64,000 nucleotides of DNA from Clostridia bacterium (lineage in GTDB: Bacteria; Bacillota; Clostridia; Christensenellales; CAG-138), in contig JAFPXD010000067.1 in the NCBI GenBank assembly GCA_017394835.1, positions 15,929 through 79,928 of the forward strand, read 5' to 3'. Below are positions 27,417 through 35,814 of the stretch, in pieces. Positions within the stretch are counted from its first letter, which is position 1. Each line of letters starts with the position of its first letter. Below the pieces are notes generated by a model. It saw only the letters and a list, made by a program, of their open reading frames with translations. It was not told the origin of the DNA and ran no database searches. Made by a program: the position numbers and the translations under genes.

Positions 27417-29525
27417 TCAATAATACGCGACGTCTTCGTACATATTACCGTAAGCTTCGATCACCTTCGCAATAAGCTCTAACTGCTGCCCGGTGAGCTC
27501 TATGACCGCGCTTGTCTCCGTCCTCTCATACGTTGATCCGTAAAGGTCTCTCGTAATGGTTATGAGGTATGCGCTTGAAGGATCCGTATTGAACTTGACG
27601 TTCTTAAGGCTCGACATAAGCTCATAGAACACGGGGTCGGTATCCTTTGCAAGCTCCGAAGGGCCTGTGCTGTAAAACTTAAAGTCAAAGTTCATGGTCG
27701 AGAGAATGCATTCACTGCCCGCAAAAGCTCTGGGATCGTAGATGTTTATGCTGAAATAACCGTCCCAATCCCAGTTCTCCATCCATGAAACGATGTCTTC
27801 AAGATCCTGCTTGACTTCGGCCTCGTTATAGCTGTTCAGGATCTCATAATAACGGGCGGTCGTCTTGGGAGTCTTGGAGTTAAGGCGATACACCGCTCTG
27901 TAATTATCGGCGCCCTTGCAGCCGATCAGATGCACATAGCCGGGCCTGTCGATATAATACCCCCTCAGAGTCTCCTTATCGGCGGGAGTAAGCGCGTTGT
28001 ATTCCTCTTTGAAGAGCGATCCGAGCTCCTTGTTTTCGGCCCTTGTGAAGGAGCCGCAGATGTACCAGTTCCTGCCGTCGGGAAGCTTCTCGGCTATTTT
28101 GCGGCATTCTTCGGAATCGTTCCATCGTTTCATAAGCTCTATGTACTGCCCATCGGATAAAGTCAGGCAGCGGGTCAGCGTTCCGCCCAAGCCCTTCCTG
28201 AATATCTTGACGTTAATGCCGTTCCCCGAAGTATGCTCGCGGGAGGACGTAAATCCATAGGCGTTGGCTATTATCTTTATCGCATCGGGATCGTTAAGCA
28301 CAACTTTGTTCTGCATCTGGGTCACGTAATCGTCGGCCGTGCCGGAATTATACAGGAAGCCTCCAATACCGCCGTAGTCAGGATAGTAATCTTCCTGAAT
28401 AATCGTAATGCCTTTTATGTTGTTAACGTCAGCTCTCTTTGAAAGCTCCGCCTTGCTGATAAGCTCCGGCAATACGAAGTACAGCACGCTTATTCCGAGA
28501 CAGATCACGAACAGAGGCATTGCTTTAAGCATCCTCTTTGCGCTCTTGGTGGAAATGAGTTCATACAGGCAGTACGCGACGAACGCGAGTATCAAAAGCA
28601 CCAAGCATCCGGTGGAGAATTCGCCATCATCCTTTATTACGAAAACCATAATGAGCAGGAAAGGCAGGCCGATAGCCGTCCTGATTATGTGCTGGAATAC
28701 GCCCTTCGTGGTGGCCATTCCGGCATGCTCGGACTTGCGCTTGTTGAATGCGACGCCGCCCAGGAATACAAGAATGAGCGAATAAACGAGGTTGTAAATC
28801 ATTGCCCAGCCGTTTGCGAAATCGTTCACGAAGTCTCTCCAGCCAAAGGCACTCACCATAGCCGCGTAAGGCGTTGCGATCATGTTGAAGGTGGGATCGA
28901 ACAGGGGCGAGATCGTGGGGACCACAAGGCTTTCATGACCGTACCTCCATACGAACACTCCGAGCACCGTTAAGAGGAACCTGGGAATGAACAGTATGAC
29001 GGCCGCGGCGATGAGATCGACGAACCTCGTGCCGGATATGGCGCAGGCAATGGCGGCTGCGCCCATTACCTCAAGCGCGGCTATGACCATATTCCCAAGC
29101 ACGCAGAGGTAAAGGAAATAGTTGAAGGGAGCGCCGATCGCGGCATAGATCAGCACGGTAGCAGCCGCAAACGCCGCAATACCTATCATAAGCCACACAA
29201 ATACCGCAAGCAGCGAGGAGCCGTATATCGCGGTTCTTGTGACGGGGATGCTGTGATAGAAATCGCTCGTTGAACGCTTATTCAGCCAGCCGAACGCGTT
29301 GAAGGTGAGTATAACGCCCATTATGTAGATGAACGCCATGAACGGTCCCGCAAGCGATAAGCCCGAAGGGATGCTGTAATTATTGAAATTATCGGCTCTA
29401 TGCCGTATGAGCTCCAATATGACCGTTACGTTTGCGAGCATGAGGAAGCAAGCGCCGACAATGCCCGCGGTCTTGAGCTGACGGAATATCTCTTTGAAAT
29501 AACCTCTATGGAAAAGCTTATTCAT
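27417..29525 (-). CDS. ABC-2-like multi-pass permease with a ~330-aa C-terminal soluble domain of unknown function
   Basis: About 9-10 hydrophobic helices in aa 1-365, then a hydrophilic domain rich in Tyr/Asn/Asp with no recognised motif. RBS GGAGGTGG. Follows the ATPase after a 1-nt gap. Confidence 0.75.
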   Translation of the reverse strand: MNKLFHRGYFKEIFRQLKTAGIVGACFLMLANVTVILELIRHRADNFNNYSIPSGLSLAGPFMAFIYIMGVILTFNAFGWLNKRSTSDFYHSIPVTRTAIYGSSLLAVFVWLMIGIAAFAAATVLIYAAIGAPFNYFLYLCVLGNMVIAALEVMGAAAIACAISGTRFVDLIAAAVILFIPRFLLTVLGVFVWRYGHESLVVPTISPLFDPTFNMIATPYAAMVSAFGWRDFVNDFANGWAMIYNLVYSLILVFLGGVAFNKRKSEHAGMATTKGVFQHIIRTAIGLPFLLIMVFVIKDDGEFSTGCLVLLILAFVAYCLYELISTKSAKRMLKAMPLFVICLGISVLYFVLPELISKAELSKRADVNNIKGITIIQEDYYPDYGGIGGFLYNSGTADDYVTQMQNKVVLNDPDAIKIIANAYGFTSSREHTSGNGINVKIFRKGLGGTLTRCLTLSDGQYIELMKRWNDSEECRKIAEKLPDGRNWYICGSFTRAENKELGSLFKEEYNALTPADKETLRGYYIDRPGYVHLIGCKGADNYRAVYRLNSKTPKTTARYYEILNSYNEAEVKQDLEDIVSWMENWDWDGYFSINIYDPRAFAGSECILSTMNFDFKFYSTGPSELAKDTDPVFYELMSSLKNVKFNTDPSSAYLITITRDLYGSTYERTETSAVIELTGQQLELIAKVIEAYGNMYEDVAYY

Positions 29526-29526
29526 T

Positions 29527-30438
29527 TCATTCCACCTCCTGCTTCAGAACTTCGGAGAATTCGTACCCCAAAGCGTCCATTTCATAGACGAATACCTCTT
29601 CAAGCGAAAGGGGCAGTATCTCAAAGAGAAGCGGATCCATCGCGCGGAGCTTCTTTTCGGTCTCTTCCCTTTCCCCTCGCACTATTATAGAGGAAACGCT
29701 GCCGTGCTTCGTGAATGAGAGCATATCTATACCGGCGAACTTGGAGCGGTCGTATTCCCCGCTGAACGCAATCTGCACCTTGAAGAGCGAAGTCTTGAGG
29801 TTGCCTACGTCGCTTTCGAATATGACGCCGCCCTTATGCAGGAGCGCCAACTGATCGCAGGTATCCTCGAGCTCGCGCAGCGAATGGCTCGTTATAACGG
29901 CGGTCGCATTGCGCTCCATAACGTCGTCGTAAAGCAGGTTCTTGACGAGGTTGCGCATAACGGGATCGAGTCCGTCGAAGGTCTCGTCGAAAAGGATGTA
30001 ATCCGCCTTGCAGGAGAGAGCGAGTATTGTCGCCGCCTGACGCTTCATACCTTTGGAGAAGGTGGCGATATTGGCGTTCGGATCGAGCTTGAAGGTCGAA
30101 ACGAGATCCTTGAACCTATCGTATGAAAAGCGCTCGTAAACCGAGGAATAGAGCTTTGCCATCCTCACAAGATTTGCGCGCGGCAGGAAATAGAGCTCAT
30201 CGGGAACGAATACGAGCCTGTTCTTTATTTCGGTGTTGTCATAGACGTCCTTGCCGTCGATCTCGACCTTGCCGCCATCCGCCCTGTATATGCCGCTTAT
30301 AAGGCGCAGAAGAGTCGATTTCCCGGCTCCGTTGGAGCCGACCATACCATAGACGCATCCTTCGGAAATGCTGCAGGAAAGCGCGTTAAGCGCCGTAAAA
30401 CGATCGAACTTTTTTGTCAGGTCCTTTGCAATTATCAT
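29527..30438 (-). CDS. ABC transporter ATP-binding protein
   Basis: Walker A GSNGAGKST, signature FSKGMKRQ, Walker B YILFDETFDGLD. ATGA overlap with the GntR gene. Confidence 0.9.
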   Translation of the reverse strand: MIIAKDLTKKFDRFTALNALSCSISEGCVYGMVGSNGAGKSTLLRLISGIYRADGGKVEIDGKDVYDNTEIKNRLVFVPDELYFLPRANLVRMAKLYSSVYERFSYDRFKDLVSTFKLDPNANIATFSKGMKRQAATILALSCKADYILFDETFDGLDPVMRNLVKNLLYDDVMERNATAVITSHSLRELEDTCDQLALLHKGGVIFESDVGNLKTSLFKVQIAFSGEYDRSKFAGIDMLSFTKHGSVSSIIVRGEREETEKKLRAMDPLLFEILPLSLEEVFVYEMDALGYEFSEVLKQEVE

Positions 30439-30839
30439 TCTTGGGTCACCTTCCCTTCCGTATTATCAGAGTTTCCGTAGATCCTTTTCACTATTGTCAG
30501 GATCGTGTCTTCCTTAACTCCCTTCGAGCGCAGCTCTTCGAGGAGTTTTTCAAGCACCGCCGTCTTTTCCGATGCGTTGCTGCGCAGCCTTTCGAGCGCA
30601 TCCTTCGATATGAACCTGCCGTTCCCCGGCACCGTGTAGCAAAGCCCTCTGCGCTCTATCTCGGCATATGCTCGCTGGAGCGTGTTGGGGTTTACGTTGA
30701 GCGCCTGCGAAAGCGCCCTTACGGACGGGAGCTGACCTTCGGGACCTATATCGCCGCTGATTATGCTCTTTTCGAAGCACTCTATAAGCTGCTCATAGAT
30801 GGGCGTGCGCGACATCTTATCGATGGTAAACACATTCAT
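30435..30839 (-). CDS. GntR-family transcriptional regulator, YtrA subfamily (134 aa)
   Basis: wHTH PIYEQLIECFEKSIISGDIGPEGQLPSVRALSQALNVNPNTLQRAYAEIERRG with a short C-terminal region. ATG 30839; the track start at 31025 runs through the promoter and terminator. Confidence 0.85.
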   Translation of the reverse strand: MNVFTIDKMSRTPIYEQLIECFEKSIISGDIGPEGQLPSVRALSQALNVNPNTLQRAYAEIERRGLCYTVPGNGRFISKDALERLRSNASEKTAVLEKLLEELRSKGVKEDTILTIVKRIYGNSDNTEGKVTQE

Positions 30840-30859
30840 CCCCCTTTCTGTCTTTACTG

Positions 30860-30876
30860 TGTTAATAATGTTAATA
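30860..30876. repeat. Tandem direct repeat TGTTAATA-A-TGTTAATA over the -10/+1 region of the gntR promoter (candidate operator)
   Basis: Read directly from the sequence. It sits within the promoter TTGACA (complement 30891-30896)-17 nt-TAACAT (complement 30868-30873). Confidence 0.5.
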
Positions 30877-30910
30877 CACATAAAACGGTTTGTCAACCCC
30901 TTTTTTTCAA

Positions 30911-30947
30911 AAAAGGCAAAAAAATCCGCCGCATTGCTGCGGCGGAT
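30911..30947 (-). terminator. Intrinsic terminator of the lipoprotein gene
   Basis: On the minus strand, ATCCGCCGC-agcaat-GCGGCGGAT is followed by TTTTTTTGCCTTTTTT. Confidence 0.85.
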
Positions 30948-30961
30948 CAGTTTATCGGTTA

Positions 30962-32629
30962 TCAGCCCTGATAGAAGGTCTTGAGAAGGTTCTTGTGGGT
31001 AACGATCTTGGTGCTTTCCTTCCACTCCTTGAACTTCTCATTGAACATATCGTTTTCCATGTCCGTCTGCTTGGCTTTACGGCATGCTTCAAAGAGGGTC
31101 TTGGCGGTGATGGGCTCGTCCTCTTCCTCTTCGGTGTTCTCGGCGTTCTCGGCGTCCTCGCCCTCATTGGCGTTGGGATCCTCAGTGGCGTCGGTCTTGT
31201 TATCCTCGGCTGTCTTATCATCCTTTTCGATGGTGATCTGCTTATGAGCCTTGGAGAGAGTTTCGTTCATGGCGTCAAGCTGAGCCTGAGTCATGTGGCC
31301 GTGCAGAGTGACGATACCTTCGGAATCGGTAACGAGCTCGTCATTCTCATAAATGGGGACCATGAGATAACCGTCCTCATCATACATGGAGAAGATCTCG
31401 TTCTCATTGAGGATGATGTAATGAGCGCCCGCCTTGGTGAACACCTTAACGACCTGAGTGCCGTCGGTCAAGGTGAAATACTTAAGAGCATACTGGGTGG
31501 AGTCGGGGTTGACCTGCTCCTTCGCTTCATCGTTGACTTCAGCAGGCTCCCACTCGTCACCGAACATGAGCTTCATAGCCGCATAGCCGAAGCCGGGATA
31601 ATAGCTGTCGATCAGCTCCTGCTGCATGATGTAGCCGAAATACTGATAGGCAGGCTGGAGCATGCCGGGATCCTCATCGGTATCCTTGTCGAAGCACTTC
31701 TCAAGGAAGCCCGCGCGGTCAAGGGTGGGGATAAGGGCCTCAAACTCCTCCATCTTGGAAACGAAATCGGCGTCATCAGCGGCGTACTGGGCAAGATCCT
31801 TTACGTCGTCGCCCGCGGAGGTCTTGAACTGGAGAAGGGTATGATAGACGGAGAAGAATTCGCCGTAAGGATCGGCTTCCTTCGCTTCGTTCTTATCGGC
31901 GGTCTCGGGATCGTCTTCAACGGCCTTTTCGGGATGGGGCATGAAGAAGGGCAGAGTCTCACTGGTGCGAACTACGAAGCTGTCGAAACCGGACTTGAAG
32001 GCGGCAACAGTGGTATCGGTCTTGGCGTTCTCTTCGAAGTACTTAACGACGTCATCATTGGAGGCGGAAACGCCCTCAACGGCGAGATCGTGCAGCCTCT
32101 CGAGGCGAGCGGTCTGACGGAGGGAATCTTCAAGATTCTTGCGATACTCGTCAAAGGTCATCTTGCTGTTCGCAAGATCGGCTTTCAGAAGCTCGAGCTC
32201 GGCCTGATACTTGGCCTCTTCATCGGTGATGGAAGAATCGATCTTGGAAGCGTAGGTGGTATTGCAGTACTCGCGGATCTTGTCTTCGATATCCTGCTGG
32301 AGCTTGGCCTCGCCTTCCTCGGTGAGGGTGATGTTCTGCTTTTCGAGCTGATCGAGCTGAACGCCGTAATTTACGAGCTCATCGAGCATGTAGTTGGCAT
32401 ACTGCTCACGGTCGATAAGGCCGTACTGCATGTAAGCATAATACATATTGGAATTGGTATCGGTGTTGTTGTAAAGCGTGAGATACTGGTTGAGATCGAG
32501 CTTTACGTTGCCGACCTTGGCCACGGTGGGGTTGCTATTGTAGGAGCTTACGCAGGCGGTAAGGGAGGCGATCATAATGACGGCCATTACGACAGCGAGA
32601 GCTCGAACGATTGCATTGGTGCGTTTCAT
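30962..32629 (-). CDS. Large lipoprotein, SurA/PrsA N-terminal-domain-like, acidic C-terminal tract, no PPIase motif seen
   Basis: Signal peptide with lipobox LTAC, and N-terminal VAKVGNVKLDLNQY as in SurA_N/PrsA chaperones. Acidic low-complexity tract TEDPNANEGEDAENAENTEEEEDE. RBS AAAGGAGAA. Confidence 0.7.
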   Translation of the reverse strand: MKRTNAIVRALAVVMAVIMIASLTACVSSYNSNPTVAKVGNVKLDLNQYLTLYNNTDTNSNMYYAYMQYGLIDREQYANYMLDELVNYGVQLDQLEKQNITLTEEGEAKLQQDIEDKIREYCNTTYASKIDSSITDEEAKYQAELELLKADLANSKMTFDEYRKNLEDSLRQTARLERLHDLAVEGVSASNDDVVKYFEENAKTDTTVAAFKSGFDSFVVRTSETLPFFMPHPEKAVEDDPETADKNEAKEADPYGEFFSVYHTLLQFKTSAGDDVKDLAQYAADDADFVSKMEEFEALIPTLDRAGFLEKCFDKDTDEDPGMLQPAYQYFGYIMQQELIDSYYPGFGYAAMKLMFGDEWEPAEVNDEAKEQVNPDSTQYALKYFTLTDGTQVVKVFTKAGAHYIILNENEIFSMYDEDGYLMVPIYENDELVTDSEGIVTLHGHMTQAQLDAMNETLSKAHKQITIEKDDKTAEDNKTDATEDPNANEGEDAENAENTEEEEDEPITAKTLFEACRKAKQTDMENDMFNEKFKEWKESTKIVTHKNLLKTFYQG

Positions 32630-32665
32630 TTCTGTTCTCCTTTAGGTTAATAAAGATACCGTAGT

Positions 32666-32694
32666 ATTTTATACAGTTAACGGCTTGTTGTCAA
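32666..32694 (-). promoter_or_regulatory. Sigma-A promoter (TTGACA-17 nt-TAAAAT) of the lipoprotein gene
   Basis: The reverse complement of 32689-32694 is TTGACA, and of 32666-32671 is TAAAAT. Confidence 0.7.
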
Positions 32695-32746
32695 TATCCA
32701 ATATCAAAAACTTGCCGAAAACAGCCATGGGTTATGCGCCCTTTTA

Positions 32747-34444
32747 TCAGCGCGGAGGTATGGGCTGCGAAGCGTCGCCCGTTCCGATCTCTATCTCGCC
32801 GCGGACGGGAGAATACTTATCGGTATAGAGGTAAAGCTGCTCTATGAGCTCGCCGTCCTTATCGTAGTGCATAAGATACGCCTTTGCGGTATAGCCGATC
32901 CTTTCGGTGATCCTCACGCGCTCATAACCGGCTCTCCAAAGCGGGTTTTCAATGTAAAGAGGTTCTTCGGGCTGAAGCTCTTCCTCTATCTCGGCATAGG
33001 TCTCGTAATAGGAGCCGTCCTCTTCGGGCACGCCGTAGATATAGACGTACATGACGCCCTTCTTTATATCGGCATAGGTGAAGATATACATGGGCTCCTT
33101 GGATTTGTTCTGCCACTTGAGATCGGGGCCGTTTGTATCAACCGTAGCGTCAAGACCGATGGGAACGTAAGAGCTCGGCCAGGAATGATGCTGGCGCTGT
33201 GTGATCTTCATCCTCGGGCCGCACTGCAGAAGAGCGTTATACAGCGTTCCCGATACCTGGCAGATGCCGCCGCCCGCGCTGTCTTCATATTCTTTGCCTC
33301 CGACAATGCCGGGAGCGGGGAGCCAGCCGCCCGCTTCCGTACGGGGGCCAACGTATTTGTTGAAGCTTATCTCCTCGCCCGGTCTGCATACGCAGGCGTT
33401 GAGGATGCTCGCGCCTTTCTGAACGTTGCGCGCGCGGTTATGGTGCTTTTCGTCAACGTCGAATTCCGAGGTGTAGCTCGAAATGAGAACTATGCTGTCC
33501 TTGATGTCCTGCGGGGTCTTTTCGGGCTCCGATTCGGTAAGATCTGCGGTAATTACGGCGTCAAGATCGCCGTTGTTGAAGGCTTCTACTATGCGGTCCG
33601 TCATGGATTCCGTATCCATCACGTAGCCCTTCTTGCCGGGGTTGTAGTAGATGTAGCCTATCGCCTTGCCGTTATCTGCATAGACCGTTTTGACTATCGT
33701 GCCCGAATCCCTTATTACGGGGGAATCATCGCCGGAGCTGGTATCGTCATTCGCGGAAGGACGCTGGCTGACGGTGATATAGGGCTCAACGGGTTTGGTA
33801 TCGACAAAATCGGCGATGCGTTCGACACGCTTCTCTATGCTTTCCCTGCTGCAGTTGTATTCTATATGGAACTCAACGGGGTTTTCCTTAAGCTCCTGCT
33901 GTTTCCTGTAATTGGCCGCATGATCGTTAATGCTTTCGCGACCGAGGTAATAGGCCTTTTCGAGCACGTCGTTCACGTTGACAGTCATGCCGAAATCGCT
34001 CGCTCCCAAAGCCATGCAAGCATCGCCTACCGAAACGACGATGCTTATATCGTTGAGTTTGTTTTCAACGACCTTTATGAGCGCGCTGCGCGCATCGTCA
34101 TAGGTCATGCCGCCTATGTTGACGCCCTCAACGATTATTCCATCGTAGAACCTGCCGTCGTCAATATAGGAGTATTCCTCCCCTTCCGCCATACCGTGAT
34201 AAGACTTGCCGTTCGGAAGAGTCTGCACTTCCTCCCAATTATCGGCAAAATACTGCTTTATGGCACGCTTCTTCTCCGCCTTTATGAGCAGATCCGTACC
34301 AAGCAGAAGAGCGCCCGAAAGTATAAAGGCCGCGCCGCAGCTCAGGAAAGCTATCCCGAACGCACGGCCCTTCTTCTTTTCGGAAGCTCCGTTAACTATA
34401 TTCATCTCATGACCCGCACCGTTTTTCAAGTACGATACCTCCAT
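32747..34444 (-). CDS. VanW-family protein (membrane-anchored, cell-wall associated)
   Basis: N-terminal TM (FGIAFLSCGAAFILSGALLL). C-terminal VanW core ICQVSGTLYNALLQCG...HHSWPSSYVPIGLDATV. ATG 34444 follows GGAGA; the track start at 34501 is an extension. Confidence 0.8.
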   Translation of the reverse strand: MEVSYLKNGAGHEMNIVNGASEKKKGRAFGIAFLSCGAAFILSGALLLGTDLLIKAEKKRAIKQYFADNWEEVQTLPNGKSYHGMAEGEEYSYIDDGRFYDGIIVEGVNIGGMTYDDARSALIKVVENKLNDISIVVSVGDACMALGASDFGMTVNVNDVLEKAYYLGRESINDHAANYRKQQELKENPVEFHIEYNCSRESIEKRVERIADFVDTKPVEPYITVSQRPSANDDTSSGDDSPVIRDSGTIVKTVYADNGKAIGYIYYNPGKKGYVMDTESMTDRIVEAFNNGDLDAVITADLTESEPEKTPQDIKDSIVLISSYTSEFDVDEKHHNRARNVQKGASILNACVCRPGEEISFNKYVGPRTEAGGWLPAPGIVGGKEYEDSAGGGICQVSGTLYNALLQCGPRMKITQRQHHSWPSSYVPIGLDATVDTNGPDLKWQNKSKEPMYIFTYADIKKGVMYVYIYGVPEEDGSYYETYAEIEEELQPEEPLYIENPLWRAGYERVRITERIGYTAKAYLMHYDKDGELIEQLYLYTDKYSPVRGEIEIGTGDASQPIPPR

Positions 34445-34530
34445 GCAGTTATCTCCATTTATCATTATACATCTATTGATACTCAATCGCAACCTTTCCA
34501 ATACAATATAATCTGTTATCCCGGCCCGTA

Positions 34531-34558
34531 TTTACAAATCCGCAAACCGTGGTATAAT
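34531..34558 (+). promoter_or_regulatory. Sigma-A promoter (TTTACA-16 nt-TGGTATAAT)
   Basis: -35 at 34531-34536 and an extended -10 at 34550-34558. Confidence 0.65.
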
Positions 34559-34596
34559 TAACTAATGGCCATACGCCGTATTGAAAGGAGCCTAAA

Positions 34597-35430
34597 ATGA
34601 GAGCCGACGGTAAAAGAGTAAAAAACATTCCCCCTATGTATGCCGTTGCCGCGCATATTATGGCAAAGCGGTCCGACGCATGCAATTCGATAGAACTCAA
34701 CATTCCTTTGGAGCCCATGCAGAATTACCTGCGCGACGTCCGGGCGAGAGGTCATAATATAAGCCATCTTGCGCTTATAATCGCCGCATTCCTTCGCACC
34801 ACCGCGGAATACCCCTTCCTTAACAGGTTCGTCGTTAACAAGACGATCTATGCAAGGAACGAGTTTGCCGTCGGTATGGTGGTATTGAAACCCGGCCAGC
34901 TTGACGGCACAATGAACAAGATGTATTTCGAGCTTGAGGATGATATTTTCGAGGTGCAGAAGAAGGTTGACGCCTACGTTGACGAGAACCGCGGAGCGGG
35001 AGAAACCAACTCGACCGATAAGCTGATCTCCACACTGCTCAAGATCCCCGGGCTGTGCCGTTTCGGCGTATGTATGTTCAAGCTGCTCGATAAATGGGGC
35101 CTCCTCCCCCGCTCCATCATTAAAGCGAGCCCCTTCCACACGAGCTTCGTCATATCCAATCTTGCAAGCATAAGGACAAACCACATTTTCCACCATATTT
35201 ACGATTTCGGCACGACAAGCATGATCCTCACAATGGGCAATTCCCGTGAGGTACCCAAGAGGGTCGGCGGCGAGATCAAGTTTGAAAAATGCATGCCCTT
35301 CGGCCTCGTTATGGATGAACGCATCTGCTCCGGCAGCTATTATGCGCTCGCGTTCCGCAGGCTTTCAGAATATCTGCGCGATCCGAAGCTTTTGGAAGAG
35401 CCTCCCCGCGCGGTAAACAAGGATATTTGA
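34597..35430 (+). CDS. Stand-alone 2-oxoacid dehydrogenase E2-type acyltransferase catalytic domain (CAT-like fold), degenerate active-site motif
   Basis: SFVISNLAS (compare TISNLG) and C-terminal MPFGLVMDERICSG aligning to canonical ...DHRxxDG. No lipoyl or subunit-binding domains. RBS GAAAGGAG. Confidence 0.7.
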   Translation: MRADGKRVKNIPPMYAVAAHIMAKRSDACNSIELNIPLEPMQNYLRDVRARGHNISHLALIIAAFLRTTAEYPFLNRFVVNKTIYARNEFAVGMVVLKPGQLDGTMNKMYFELEDDIFEVQKKVDAYVDENRGAGETNSTDKLISTLLKIPGLCRFGVCMFKLLDKWGLLPRSIIKASPFHTSFVISNLASIRTNHIFHHIYDFGTTSMILTMGNSREVPKRVGGEIKFEKCMPFGLVMDERICSGSYYALAFRRLSEYLRDPKLLEEPPRAVNKDI

Positions 35431-35438
35431 CGTATCGA

Positions 35439-35466
35439 GGCTCCGCTGTCATGCGGAGCCTTTTTC
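35439..35466 (+). terminator. Intrinsic terminator
   Basis: GGCTCCGC-tgtcat-GCGGAGCC followed by TTTTT. Confidence 0.85.
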
Positions 35467-35467
35467 A

Positions 35468-35497
35468 TGCATATCGGGAGCTTTTCACGCATATCCT
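35468..35497 (+). promoter_or_regulatory. Candidate sigma-E-type (mother-cell) promoter of spoIIID
   Basis: GCATATC, a 14-nt spacer, then CATATCCT. This resembles the B. subtilis SigE consensus (-35 ATATT-like, -10 CATACA-T). Confidence 0.35.
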
Positions 35498-35529
35498 TCT
35501 ATCGAAGTAAACGAAAGGTCTTTATCTTG

Positions 35530-35781
35530 ATGGAAGCTTATATAGAGGAGCGTGTGCTTGAAACGGCCGCATACATAATAGATACCGGAGCCACCGTAAG
35601 AACGGCGGCGAAGCAGTTCGGAGTATCAAAATCGACCGTCCATAAGGACATGACGGAAAGGCTCAGGCATATCGACAAAGGCATGGCTAAGGACGTTGCC
35701 TCCGTGCTTGAGACCAACAAGGAGGAACGTCACATAAGGGGCGGATACGCTACTTACTTGAAGTATAAGGGCGCAAAATAA
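35530..35781 (+). CDS. spoIIID: Stage III sporulation protein D (SpoIIID transcription factor)
   Basis: 83 aa with HTH TVRTAAKQFGVSKSTVHKDMTERL and C-terminal RHIRGGYATYLKYK, as in B. subtilis SpoIIID. The start could instead be TTG 35527. Confidence 0.9.
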   Translation: MEAYIEERVLETAAYIIDTGATVRTAAKQFGVSKSTVHKDMTERLRHIDKGMAKDVASVLETNKEERHIRGGYATYLKYKGAK

Positions 35782-35805
35782 AAGGAGCTTTCCGGCTCCT
35801 TTTTG
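35781..35805. terminator. Bidirectional intrinsic terminator
   Basis: AAAGGAGC-tttccg-GCTCCTTTTT between the convergent spoIIID and tsaB genes. Confidence 0.75.
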
Positions 35806-35814
35806 TAATCCCGT

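Noticed and set aside
30890-32650. 586-aa plus-strand ORF rich in G/L/V/I
   Set aside because: It is antisense to the lipoprotein gene. It crosses that gene's terminator and promoter. The minus-strand gene has an RBS, a lipobox, a promoter and a terminator.
32867-34561. 564-aa plus-strand ORF
   Set aside because: It is the antisense shadow of the VanW-family gene.
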